Virus record (IMG/VR): IMGVR_UViG_3300046837_000274
Length of the DNA stretch: 64,000 nt
Direction: 5' to 3' (one strand)
Origin: a virus
The notes beneath the pieces were generated by a model. The model was given only the letters and a program-made list of their open reading frames with translations. It did no database searches and was not told the origin of the DNA. Below, piece after piece: positions 31,519 to 41,924 of this stretch; the first letter of the stretch is position 1; every line of letters starts with the position of its first letter. The translations under genes and the position numbers were made by a program.

Positions 31519-31730
31519 ATGACGACGACTTCCAGCCAGCCGACCTACAAGGTCGATTTCATCCGCAAGAGCCGGAACGACCCGATGATCTACGCGGGCC
31601 ATCTACCCTGGCTCGTGATCCGGATCGCCAACGGGGCCTGGATGGCTCAGTGCAAGACCCGCGAGAGTGCCGAGCGGGCGATGGCGAAGCGCATCGCGAA
31701 GGACGCGGCTAAAGCCGGGGAGCGGGCGTA

Positions 31731-31731
<1 letters not shown>
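31519..31731 (+). CDS. hypothetical protein
   Basis: 70-aa ORF behind cassette copy B. Confidence 0.45.
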
Positions 31732-33731
<2,000 letters not shown>

Positions 33732-33733
33732 GC

Positions 33734-34357
33734 ATGAACAACCAAGGAGCACGGACAATGGACTGGAACGGGCAGCACGCGCTGGACGTCGAGTTCGCCA
33801 CCACGGCGCTGATGCACAACGGCGAGTGCAATCCGATGTTCGTCATTTTCGGCGACAGAGGATGCAAGATCGTCGAGGGCGGCTGGCCGGATGCGGCCGG
33901 CAAGGTCGTTTTCTTCCGCGTCATGGGCCTGATGGCAGCAGCCGAGAACGCTGTCGCCATCACGTTCATGTCCGAAGGCTGGGTGCGCGAAGTGCGCAAA
34001 GCACACAATGAGACGCAGGCCGAGCACGCCGCGCGCTGCGCAGCCATCGCGCCGTCGCAAGCCGAAGACCGGCAGGAAGTGCTGAACGTGCAGATGGTCT
34101 ACCGCGAAGATGACGAGCGGCACCTGCTGTCGACCATGCTGTTCATCGAGCGAGACGTTGCCGGAAAGGTCGTCGGCACGCGCCGGAACGAAATCGAGGG
34201 CGAAGATGGTGCGACCCACCACAGCACCCTTGAATATATTCTCCCGCTGAAACGGCTTACGCCCGAGCAGTGCGCCCTCGCCAAGGACTTGCTCGACACC
34301 GTCGCGAGCGCTGCCGGGATGCACATCGCAGAACAGCCGCTCGGCAAGCCGTCGTGA
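33734..34357 (+). CDS. hypothetical protein
   Basis: 207-aa ORF directly after the helicase. Confidence 0.5.
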   Translation: MNNQGARTMDWNGQHALDVEFATTALMHNGECNPMFVIFGDRGCKIVEGGWPDAAGKVVFFRVMGLMAAAENAVAITFMSEGWVREVRKAHNETQAEHAARCAAIAPSQAEDRQEVLNVQMVYREDDERHLLSTMLFIERDVAGKVVGTRRNEIEGEDGATHHSTLEYILPLKRLTPEQCALAKDLLDTVASAAGMHIAEQPLGKPS

Positions 34358-35382
34358 CCGATGGGCAGAACACGCATGATCTGGACCTGAGCCAGTTCGG
34401 CGAGTGGAAGGCATCGGTGCAGGGCGTGCGCGACTGCGCGCTGGGGATGCGCATCGCCGCGCCGGATCTGTCGTTCGTCAGGAACGAAGAGCACGCCCGC
34501 TACCGACCGACGCAGGACGAGGTCGAACTCATCGCAGACATGGTGGCGACGGCAGCGAACGCCGGACGCCTCATCGACTTCGGGCACCTGCCGAACGCCG
34601 TGATCATGGAGTGCGGATCGCGCAGCGGCATCCTGTTCGACGCAGGCGCGCTCCTGCAGCCCTTCAGCGACCCGTGGCTGTTCATGCACACATGGGAAGG
34701 CGGCGGCGAAGAGCGCCCGTCCGTCGCGGCTTATCTCGTCAATCCCATCGACTTTCCCACCGGGCGGGTCGAGGTCGTCGAGTTCCAGCCGGTGACCTAC
34801 GCCACCAGCCGCCTGCTCGCGATAGGTGACCGGGGCCTGCTGCTCGGGGCAGCGACGAAAGAAGACGCTGGCAAGCGCTACACGTGCCAGATATTGCCCT
34901 CGATCTGGCGCTTGCTCGGCAGCGATTTGTCGGACGAACTGAACCAGCACAAGACCCCGGAAGGAGCGGCAGCGGGCAACCTGTTCGACCCGCTGCTGAC
35001 GGTGCTGACGCTGTTGCAGGTGCGGGGTGTTCCACGTGAAACAGTGCGCGTGGACGAAAAGCTGCAACGCGCTCGCGCCCGGTCAGGCAAGCCGCGCCTG
35101 CCGTCCTACCAGCGGGTAGACTCCACGGGCTATGTCACTGCGCTGCTGGCGAAACAGTCGCCTCACCGTCGCCTCAGCGACGGAGGCACGCATGCCTCTC
35201 CGCGCTGGCACCTGCGCCGGGGAACGGTTCGAAGCTATCCGTCCGGCAAGAAGTCGGTGATCATGGACACCCTGGTCAACGTCGATCCCGAAGTGCGGGC
35301 AGCGTTCAAGGCGGGGACGATGGACATCGTTGGCGCGCGCGCCGCTTACGTCTCGCGTCAGCAGAAGGAGACGCCGCGTTGA
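34354..35382 (+). CDS. hypothetical protein
   Basis: Start reset to GTG 34354 (GTGA overlap). 342 aa. Confidence 0.5.
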   Translation: MTDGQNTHDLDLSQFGEWKASVQGVRDCALGMRIAAPDLSFVRNEEHARYRPTQDEVELIADMVATAANAGRLIDFGHLPNAVIMECGSRSGILFDAGALLQPFSDPWLFMHTWEGGGEERPSVAAYLVNPIDFPTGRVEVVEFQPVTYATSRLLAIGDRGLLLGAATKEDAGKRYTCQILPSIWRLLGSDLSDELNQHKTPEGAAAGNLFDPLLTVLTLLQVRGVPRETVRVDEKLQRARARSGKPRLPSYQRVDSTGYVTALLAKQSPHRRLSDGGTHASPRWHLRRGTVRSYPSGKKSVIMDTLVNVDPEVRAAFKAGTMDIVGARAAYVSRQQKETPR

Positions 35383-35639
35383 CGAACTCGACCCCAATCC
35401 CTCCCGATGGGCAGCCGTCCGACTTTGTCAGCGCTCCCACCTTCCCGCTCTCGCTCCTATGCGGCGAAGTCAACGTGCTGCTGAAAGCAGACGGAAGCTG
35501 GGAGGGTAACATCGCGGCGTTGCGGTCTGCCCTGTTGTCGATGAAGGGCAAGCACGACCCTATCGGAGGGGTTCTGATGTGGCTGCTGCTGCGCGAACTT
35601 GAGCGTCAGCCAATCTTGGACAGCAGATCGTCGATTTGA
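35379..35639 (+). CDS. hypothetical protein
   Basis: 86 aa from TTG 35379 (TTGA overlap). The 3' end overlaps the convergent gene by 34 nt. Confidence 0.35.
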   Translation: MTNSTPIPPDGQPSDFVSAPTFPLSLLCGEVNVLLKADGSWEGNIAALRSALLSMKGKHDPIGGVLMWLLLRELERQPILDSRSSI

Positions 35640-35947
35640 AACTCGGTGCATATCCAGACGGTGCGCTGATAATTGGTCCCTGACTTCGCGATGATGCGCG
35701 TGCGACCGCTGTCGGTCACCAGCCCGAGCCGGACGAGTTCCGACGTTCGCGTGCGCCACGTCGCGCCGTGATCGCCCATGAAGTCCTCAATCTCCCAATT
35801 GGTCAGCCCTTCGCGGTGCGCTTTGAGAAGAGCGAAGACGCGCGCCTGCTTCTCCCTCAGAGTGCCGACGATGTGCGCCGCTGCTGCGTGCGACGTCGCC
35901 GGATCGTCGGTGCGGGCGCGGGTGTAGGCAGGGAACAGGTCAGTCAT
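35606..35947 (-). CDS. winged-helix (MarR-like) DNA-binding protein
   Basis: Start reset to ATG 35947 (ATGA overlap). 113 aa. 'KQARVFALLKAHREGLTNWEIEDFMGDHGATWRTRTSELVRLGLV'. Confidence 0.5.
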   Translation of the reverse strand: MTDLFPAYTRARTDDPATSHAAAAHIVGTLREKQARVFALLKAHREGLTNWEIEDFMGDHGATWRTRTSELVRLGLVTDSGRTRIIAKSGTNYQRTVWICTEFQIDDLLSKIG

Positions 35948-36210
35948 CGGGTCTTCTCCCATTTGCTGCACGCCGGATCCTTGAGTTTGATGTCGGTGCC
36001 CGCGCCTCCGGTCCACGTCGAGCGCCGCAGTTCGCACTTGTAGTAGGTGCTTGCCATCCGCTTGCCGACCGCGTGCTCGCACGTCTTGCACGTCTCGCCA
36101 GCGGGGCCGGTGCCGGGCTGCGCCGCGTGCCCCTTCCACTTGAATCTGCGCGCGCGCTCTGCTGCCGCCAGGGCAGCAGGTGGCAGCACCATCAGCGGTA
36201 ACTGGGTCAT
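35944..36210 (-). CDS. hypothetical Cys-containing protein
   Basis: 88 aa. 'GETCKTCEH...YYKCELRRSTWTGGAGTDIKLKDPACSKWE'. Confidence 0.45.
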   Translation of the reverse strand: MTQLPLMVLPPAALAAAERARRFKWKGHAAQPGTGPAGETCKTCEHAVGKRMASTYYKCELRRSTWTGGAGTDIKLKDPACSKWEKTR

Positions 36211-36449
36211 TGCACAGGTCCCATGGCGATGTTCTCGATGGCTTGCATGGCCATCCTCTTGATCAGTTCGGCGGGCGGCATCCCGCTTTCGGAGTAGAGC
36301 GCAAACGCCTGCAACATGATGCCGAGGACGCAGAATTGGTCGGTGAAGTCGGGCACGTCTTCCATGATCGCGCTCAGGTGCTCGGCAGCGATCTGCCCAC
36401 GCTCATCGCCGGTCATCTCGGGATCTGCTCCCTTCAGCGCCCACGTCAC
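36207..36449 (-). CDS. hypothetical protein
   Basis: 80-aa ORF with ATGA overlaps at both ends. Confidence 0.45.
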   Translation of the reverse strand: MTWALKGADPEMTGDERGQIAAEHLSAIMEDVPDFTDQFCVLGIMLQAFALYSESGMPPAELIKRMAMQAIENIAMGPVQ

Positions 36450-36637
36450 GGAGCAGCCTCAAGGTCGATGCGCTCCCAAAAGCGATGCCCGCAAGCGAGG
36501 CAGGTGAAGCGGATGTGGTGCTCGTCGTCGCGCCGGGTGACCTCCGCGAGTTCGCAGCGCAGGTTTTCCGAGCGGCACTGCTCGCAATAGAAGCCGTCGT
36601 CGTTCGCGAACTCGGTGAAGGAAGGATCAGGAATCAT
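36446..36637 (-). CDS. zinc-ribbon protein
   Basis: Start reset to ATG 36637 (ATGA overlap). 'YCEQCRSENL...FTCLACGHRFW'. Confidence 0.45.
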   Translation of the reverse strand: MIPDPSFTEFANDDGFYCEQCRSENLRCELAEVTRRDDEHHIRFTCLACGHRFWERIDLEAAP

Positions 36638-36900
36638 TGGCGCATTCCGCTCGGGAATGGATTCCATTTGACGTAGCCGCTCACGCCGCCCGCCATCAGC
36701 GTCGCGTGACGATGCAGCGAGCGAACGCGCATGCTCAGCGTTCCGTTTGCTGCGCGCGTCTGAAACGGCTGATCAGGCACGCCAGCAGCGACGAGCGCCC
36801 GCGCCAGATCGGCCTCACTGTGCGCGCTGTATTCAACTCCGTCGAAGGTCGTGCTGATCACGTCCTTCAGCCCGTGGTGCGCGATCTGCATCTCGATCAT
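36634..36900 (-). CDS. hypothetical protein
   Basis: 88-aa ORF with ATGA overlap upstream. Confidence 0.45.
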   Translation of the reverse strand: MIEMQIAHHGLKDVISTTFDGVEYSAHSEADLARALVAAGVPDQPFQTRAANGTLSMRVRSLHRHATLMAGGVSGYVKWNPFPSGMRQ

Positions 36901-37946
36901 GAAATCTCCACATCCGGTTCAGCGTCGGTCCAGCGCAGCGTCCGTGAACCGATGGCCGTCTCGGTCCGGTAGGCATTCCACGTCATGACCAGCAGGTTGA
37001 CGATGTTGCGTTCGTTCAGCCGCCCGCCGTTCTGTGCGCGCAGGCTCTTGATGCGCTCGACCAGCAGCTTGCCGTAGCGCACTTCCTTCTCCAGATCGTG
37101 CGCGAGCAGCGCCGCCTTGGCCGCGTCGCGGCGCACGAACAGGTAGAGCAGCCCTGCTAACAGCCCGTGCGGGATCGTGTGGTTCACTTTGCGCGCACGG
37201 TTCATCTGCTCTTGCAGCACCGCTTTGTTGACGCGCTTTTGGTAGTGGTCGAACAGGTCGGCGTTATTGATCGTCAGGCCACGGTCGATCTTCGCGTTGG
37301 CCGCGATGATGATCCAGCGCACCGCCTTCGCGGCGAGCGGGGCATTCGGAACTTTCGCCACTTTGAACGTGTCGCCCATCGTGCGCTTCGCTCCGCTGTC
37401 GAGCACGGTGAAGGCGTCGGGATCGATGCCGAAGACGACATGCGTGCGCAGCGAGACGCCGGACGTGAGGCATGCGCGCAGCCGGTTCTGGCCGTCGAGC
37501 AGTTCGCCGTTGATGCCGAACTTGATCGTGTCTCCCGTCAGCATCCAGCAGTCGTTGGTCAGAGCATCGACGAACTGGCGAATCTTCCCAGGCCTGACGT
37601 TGCGATTGTTGCGGTTGCGCGTTTCGAGCACGACGCGCGCCAGATCGGGTTGGAATTCCAGCACGACCGATGGCGATCCGAGCGGCGTCGTCTGGATGAG
37701 TTCGTCGAGCACCTGCACCTGCTCCGCAACGCTCATCGCGGCATCGATCAGCGGGTGCACGGGCGCGCGGTAGCGCGGCGGAAGCTGCTCCGGGGGGGCG
37801 GCGACGACGTCGGCATATTTACCGCGCCGCGCCTTGATGTCGATGATGCGCCCCGAGTTCTCGCCGAAGTGCGCCGCGATGTCGTGCTGCTTGTCGCCGC
37901 GCGCCAGCATGCCCAGCACGAGCGCGGCCTGCTCGACCGTGATCAT
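36897..37946 (-). CDS. ParB/Srx-fold domain protein
   Basis: 349 aa. N-terminal HTH-like 'VLGMLARGDKQHDIAAHFG', then 'NRNVRPGKIRQFVDALTNDCWMLTGDTIKFGINGELLDGQNRLRA'. Confidence 0.6.
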   Translation of the reverse strand: MITVEQAALVLGMLARGDKQHDIAAHFGENSGRIIDIKARRGKYADVVAAPPEQLPPRYRAPVHPLIDAAMSVAEQVQVLDELIQTTPLGSPSVVLEFQPDLARVVLETRNRNNRNVRPGKIRQFVDALTNDCWMLTGDTIKFGINGELLDGQNRLRACLTSGVSLRTHVVFGIDPDAFTVLDSGAKRTMGDTFKVAKVPNAPLAAKAVRWIIIAANAKIDRGLTINNADLFDHYQKRVNKAVLQEQMNRARKVNHTIPHGLLAGLLYLFVRRDAAKAALLAHDLEKEVRYGKLLVERIKSLRAQNGGRLNERNIVNLLVMTWNAYRTETAIGSRTLRWTDAEPDVEIS

Positions 37947-38134
37947 GGGTTTTCCAACTGGTAGAGTTTGACCCGCAGCAGATCGAGCACTTCCTCAAGG
38001 TTGTTCACTTCGATGCGGATGGTGAGCGGCATCGACTCCGCGTCTTCTTTCACCACTGCGATCAGGTGGCCGATGTCGTCCATGTGCGCTCTGAGCACGT
38101 TGATTCGTTCCGGTGCTGTCGTCGCCTCGTTCAT
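37943..38134 (-). CDS. hypothetical small protein
   Basis: 63 aa from ATG 38134 (ATGA overlap with the methyltransferase stop). Confidence 0.4.
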   Translation of the reverse strand: MNEATTAPERINVLRAHMDDIGHLIAVVKEDAESMPLTIRIEVNNLEEVLDLLRVKLYQLENP

Positions 38135-39183
38135 GCTGCCTTCTCCGCTTCGTTTCCCCACACCACCCACCCCTCGCGACGCTTGCGCCCGAACATCTCC
38201 AGGCGCGGCAGGTTCGGAAACATCGTCTCGATCATCTGCGCGAAGACGTCCGGCTTCGCACTGTGCGCGCCAACGTCGGCCTCGATCACCGACGGGAACT
38301 GCTCGCCGGGTGCCGGTGCTGGCACCTGCCCGCGCGTCGCCAGCAGCAGGAGTTCGTGCTTGTTGCGGAACCAGTAGCCGGTTCCGATGCGGTCCTTGAC
38401 CCACACGCAGTGGGTCTGAAGCGAGAAGCCCCAGGCGGTCAGCACGAAGTGCGCTGCGGGCTGCATGGCGGCGGTCGACCACAGGAACAGCACGCAATCC
38501 CTGGCGGCGGGCAGGACGATGTTACCGATCTCGTCGGGCGTCATGGTCGGGTAGTGGTTGTCGGCTGCTCGATCCATCCCCGTCTCGCGCGAATACGGCT
38601 CCCAGCGCCACGGGGGGTCGGCGTAGATCACCCCGAACACCTGCCTTCCGAGCTTGCGGGAGGCGGCGAGCGTCGCTTCGGCGAGGCTGCTTTCACGCTC
38701 TGACCGACGTTCCTTTTTGATGATCTGGCGCACGTCGCGCAGACGCAGGCGCTTGCCGGGGTTCAGCTTGACGATCTTCGCGACTTTCTCGGCCTCGGCG
38801 GCTGCTTTCTCGGTGAGGTTCGCGCTCTTCAGTGCCGCTTTTTTCGACACTTCCCCCCCTGAAAGTGTCGATCCCCCGCCCCCTCGCTTCCCCGGAGGCG
38901 AACCACCTGGGCTGGCTTGTGGCAGGGCTGCTGACAGATCACCGATGCGACCAATGGCGCGGACCTTGATGTCTTCGAACCACTGCTCGGCTTCTTTGTC
39001 CTCACGCTGCCGGGAGTAGGCACGCAGCGCTTCCGCCTTATCGCGGATGTCCTTCGCCTCATCGACGCGCGCGCACTCGGCAAGCTGAGTGCGCATCGCC
39101 TCGTAGCGCACGAGCGTCCCCGCGCCTGTAGGAGCGCGGTGGGCCGGTTTACCTCTCGGGGACGTCTGATCATGCACGGTCAT
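38131..39183 (-). CDS. MT-A70-family N6-adenine DNA methyltransferase
   Basis: 350 aa. 'FGVIYADPPWRWEPYS' (DPPW), 'NHYPTMT', 'LFLWST', 'GYWFRNKHELLLLATRG', 'HSAKPD'. Confidence 0.85.
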   Translation of the reverse strand: MTVHDQTSPRGKPAHRAPTGAGTLVRYEAMRTQLAECARVDEAKDIRDKAEALRAYSRQREDKEAEQWFEDIKVRAIGRIGDLSAALPQASPGGSPPGKRGGGGSTLSGGEVSKKAALKSANLTEKAAAEAEKVAKIVKLNPGKRLRLRDVRQIIKKERRSERESSLAEATLAASRKLGRQVFGVIYADPPWRWEPYSRETGMDRAADNHYPTMTPDEIGNIVLPAARDCVLFLWSTAAMQPAAHFVLTAWGFSLQTHCVWVKDRIGTGYWFRNKHELLLLATRGQVPAPAPGEQFPSVIEADVGAHSAKPDVFAQMIETMFPNLPRLEMFGRKRREGWVVWGNEAEKAA

Positions 39184-40025
39184 ACCTCGCGCTCCCAGGG
39201 AGCCACCCAGCCTGTCGGGCTGCCCCGGTCCTTCGCTGCACGGCGGGCGGCCGAAAGTTGATCTGGGGTCAACTGCCCCCGTGGCGGGGGCGGGGGTGCC
39301 GTCACGCCCAGCGCCTGCGCCTGCTGAGCGACCGTCAGCGGTCGCGGCGCTCGTGTGACCGGCTCGGGATCGGGCACCAGCGCCATGTTCTCGGGGCAGT
39401 GCTTCGTCACCAACGCGCGCAGCAGGCGCAGCATCTCGCCCCGCATCGGGTGATCGAGGCCGATGCGGGCGACGCTCGCGCGCACTTTCGCCGGGTCGCG
39501 CCAGTCAGCTTGCGCGCGCCGCATGCTCGCGTCCGGCTCGACGATCATCGGCCAGCCGCGCGCTCGTGCGACCCCCTCCGCGTCGGGATCGTTCGCCACC
39601 AGCCAGTCATACGCTGCCGGATACCTCTCGCGGATCATGCCGAGCACCGTTGCGCCCGACGAGTTGCTGAAGCTTTCCAGCACCCGCTTGCGCCAGAATT
39701 TGATCCACAGCTTGTCATCGAGCGAAAGCGGAAGGTGCTCGATGTCCTGCGGGATCAGACGCACCGGCTCGGGGCGATGCACTGCCCACCACGCACCGAG
39801 CGCGTCGTGCAATTCGATGTAGGACGGCCAGTAGCGAAACTGCGCCACCATCGTGCGCAACGCATCAGCCGACCAAGTCCGGTCATCGGGAAAGTCGTCG
39901 CCGAGCAGCGTGCCCATGCTGACGACGCGCTGCTTGAGGTCTTCGGGCGCGATTGTCGCCGCCACCAGCGTTGCGAGTTTGAGCAGCCAGGACGTCACCA
40001 GCCGGTCGTGGTTGCGAGCGCTCAT
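39180..40025 (-). CDS. hypothetical protein
   Basis: Start reset to ATG 40025 (ATGA overlap with the rep stop). 281 aa. Confidence 0.5.
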   Translation of the reverse strand: MSARNHDRLVTSWLLKLATLVAATIAPEDLKQRVVSMGTLLGDDFPDDRTWSADALRTMVAQFRYWPSYIELHDALGAWWAVHRPEPVRLIPQDIEHLPLSLDDKLWIKFWRKRVLESFSNSSGATVLGMIRERYPAAYDWLVANDPDAEGVARARGWPMIVEPDASMRRAQADWRDPAKVRASVARIGLDHPMRGEMLRLLRALVTKHCPENMALVPDPEPVTRAPRPLTVAQQAQALGVTAPPPPPRGQLTPDQLSAARRAAKDRGSPTGWVAPWEREV

Positions 40026-41032
40026 GGCAAAGCCTCCATCGTCGGCGTTAGCTCGTCGCGCCAAGCGTCCATGTCGCGATCGATGCTGGCTCTGGTCCGG
40101 TCAAAGTTGCTCATCGGCTCGCTTGCTGCGAACTGGCCTTCAAGCAACCGCACGGCACCATTGCCGCCGTTTCGATCTGGTGGACGCACGAACCAGTCGA
40201 ACGTCGCTCGCCATCCGTCGCGCCCGCCGCCGCGAACGAACGCCGATGCTGGAAGCGCTCCGAGTGTTGCAATGGCGTCGAGAATCTGCGGCAGCGGAAG
40301 CCGCTTCATCAGCCGTCCGAGGTCTGACGCTCGTCTGCCGTCCACTTTCGCGACTGTCGCCAGCCCCGCCTCTTTCGCCATGGCGTTCCACGCCTCGACC
40401 ACGACGGCGTTGCTCAGCAGCGCTGGTGGTGGAGCAGCGAACAGGTCGACCGTTTTCGGTTTTTGGGGGGGTAAGGGGGGGATACTTTTCTTTCTTTCTT
40501 TTTCAATAGTTCCTTCAATAGTTACGGGGGACATGGGTGTCCGGGGGTTGTGACACTTTTTGTCCGGGGGACTCAGGTGTCCGGGGGACTCAGGTGTCCG
40601 GGGGTGATGTGAAGCTTCGATGCGCGAAAACGGCGGTTTTAGGCCAGAATCGCCGTTAACCCCCGGACTCTGGTGTCCCCCGGACAAAATCTGCTCGTTT
40701 CCGTCATCGTCTACCCCCGGACTCAGGTGTCCGGGGGTTAGCCCGATCAGGTAGTATCGCGACGTCTTTCCGCCGCGCGCATCGCCGCCTGCGCCGTGCT
40801 CGGTTCGCACCAGCCCACGCCCCTCGATTTCACGGAGAATCCTGCGCGCTGATCGCTCGACGACGTTCAGCGCCGCAGCGAGCGCTGCGACCGACGGGAA
40901 GCAATTCGGCTCCTCGTCGAGCGTCTTGCAGCACGTGGCGAGGTAGACGAACGCGGCCTGCTGCGCTGGCGTGACGTCGTCGCGCTTGAAGATCATCCGC
41001 GCAGCGCGAGCGACGACGGGGACCGGCTTCAT
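40022..41032 (-). CDS. replication initiator-like protein (N-terminal winged helix, iterons inside the gene)
   Basis: Start set to ATG 41032 (GGGGGG Shine-Dalgarno, promoter-like AT-rich tract upstream). 'FPSVAALAAALNVVERSARRILREIEGRGLV'. The middle of the gene encodes the iteron-derived 'PGHLSP' repeats. Confidence 0.6.
   Translation of the reverse strand: MKPVPVVARAARMIFKRDDVTPAQQAAFVYLATCCKTLDEEPNCFPSVAALAAALNVVERSARRILREIEGRGLVRTEHGAGGDARGGKTSRYYLIGLTPGHLSPGVDDDGNEQILSGGHQSPGVNGDSGLKPPFSRIEASHHPRTPESPGHLSPPDKKCHNPRTPMSPVTIEGTIEKERKKSIPPLPPQKPKTVDLFAAPPPALLSNAVVVEAWNAMAKEAGLATVAKVDGRRASDLGRLMKRLPLPQILDAIATLGALPASAFVRGGGRDGWRATFDWFVRPPDRNGGNGAVRLLEGQFAASEPMSNFDRTRASIDRDMDAWRDELTPTMEALP
40536..40737. 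repeat. iteron cluster (candidate origin of replication) inside the initiator gene
   Basis: Core GTCCGGGGG occurs direct at 40539-47, 40562-70, 40579-87, 40596-604 and 40729-37, and inverted (CCCCCGGAC) at 40660-68, 40677-85 and 40714-22. Two perfect 17-mers ACTCAGGTGTCCGGGGG lie at 40571-87 and 40588-604. An AT-rich tract at 40484-40530 adjoins. Confidence 0.7.
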
Positions 41033-41066
41033 CGCGACCCCCCTGCACGCGGGGAGTAGACCGATC

Positions 41067-41094
41067 GGTTTACTTTTTTCGATTTGTTCATCAA
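41067..41094 (-). promoter_or_regulatory. sigma70-like promoter candidate for the initiator gene
   Basis: Minus strand TTGATG (41094-41089), 16 nt, TAAACC (41072-41067), in a locally AT-rich tract. Confidence 0.3.
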
Positions 41095-41296
41095 ACGGCC
41101 CCTTGCATTGCTGCATGGACCGTGCGAGGGAAGATCGTCAGCGGTTTTCCTCACACGGACCGCAGCGGTTAAACGGGGTCGGCGCATCAACGCCGGCCCC
41201 GACGCATGTTTGCCCCTCCGACCGGCCCTGTCCAGCGCTTCGAATCGGGGCTGCTGCGTGCTCTTCGGCATCGTTGGATCCAGTGCTGAAGTCGAC

Positions 41297-41332
41297 AGTG
41301 ACAACGGTGACAGCGGTGACAGCGGCGGCAGA
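41297..41332. repeat. tandem 9-mers (A/G)GTGACA(A/G)C
   Basis: AGTGACAAC GGTGACAGC GGTGACAGC GGCGGCAGA, in the 250-nt gap between the RuvC-like and initiator genes. Confidence 0.5.
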
Positions 41333-41365
41333 CGGAAGGCCGTCAGGCGGGCGGGGCGCGGGCGT

Positions 41366-41920
41366 TCATTGCTGCAACGCTTCACGCTCAAGGGCCGAGC
41401 GCCACAGCGCGCCTGCTACCGGCGAGATGCCCCGCATGCGCTGCTTGTGCCAGAGCCAGATCGCGACCGCGTCCGCAGCGTTGTGGTTGGTGACGAGAAT
41501 CCGACGCGCCCGCAGCATGCGCACGACTTCCGCTTTCGGATCACGCCCGCTGAAGCGGCAGATACCGAAGACCTCCAGCCGGATCGTGTCGACGTCTTGC
41601 TCGGACACCGGCACGCTCGCGCGATGCCCCTCGGAGTAGGCGAAGCCGCGCAGCGTGTATTGCTGGCGGCATGCCCGCTCGTTGTTCTGCGCGGCGAACC
41701 TGAGCGGCGCTTCCAGCACCATCGCTGACGGCGCAAGTCGCTCGATCAGCGCCGCGAGTTCGTTCTCGAAGCTGGCATAGCGCATCCCCTCGCCACCGAC
41801 TTTCGGCAGCGTGATCGTGTCGGCGTAGGGGCTGACGGCGTCGAGCGGGGCATAGGCCCACCCGACGACGCCTCCGAGGTCGAGCGTCAGCACGCCGCCC
41901 TGTGTGAGCGCGGGCGGCAT
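41366..41920 (-). CDS. RuvC-like Holliday junction resolvase
   Basis: 184 aa. 'VLTLDLGGVVGWAY', 'MVLEAP' and 'NHNAADAVAIWLW' match the RuvC-fold acidic motifs. Confidence 0.6.
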   Translation of the reverse strand: MPPALTQGGVLTLDLGGVVGWAYAPLDAVSPYADTITLPKVGGEGMRYASFENELAALIERLAPSAMVLEAPLRFAAQNNERACRQQYTLRGFAYSEGHRASVPVSEQDVDTIRLEVFGICRFSGRDPKAEVVRMLRARRILVTNHNAADAVAIWLWHKQRMRGISPVAGALWRSALEREALQQ

Positions 41921-41924
41921 GGGA

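Noticed and set aside
35606-35639. 34-nt overlap of the 3' ends of convergent genes, considered as an antisense regulatory device.
   Set aside because: The start and extent of the plus-strand 86-aa ORF (TTG start) are uncertain. Such a short terminal overlap is common in compact phage genomes, and no supporting structure was seen.
40536-40737. Cluster of short GC-rich repeats, considered as a possible CRISPR array.
   Set aside because: The units are 9-17 bp and partly inverted and abutting. They lack uniform spacers, lie inside an ORF and have no cas genes nearby. The pattern fits replication iterons instead.
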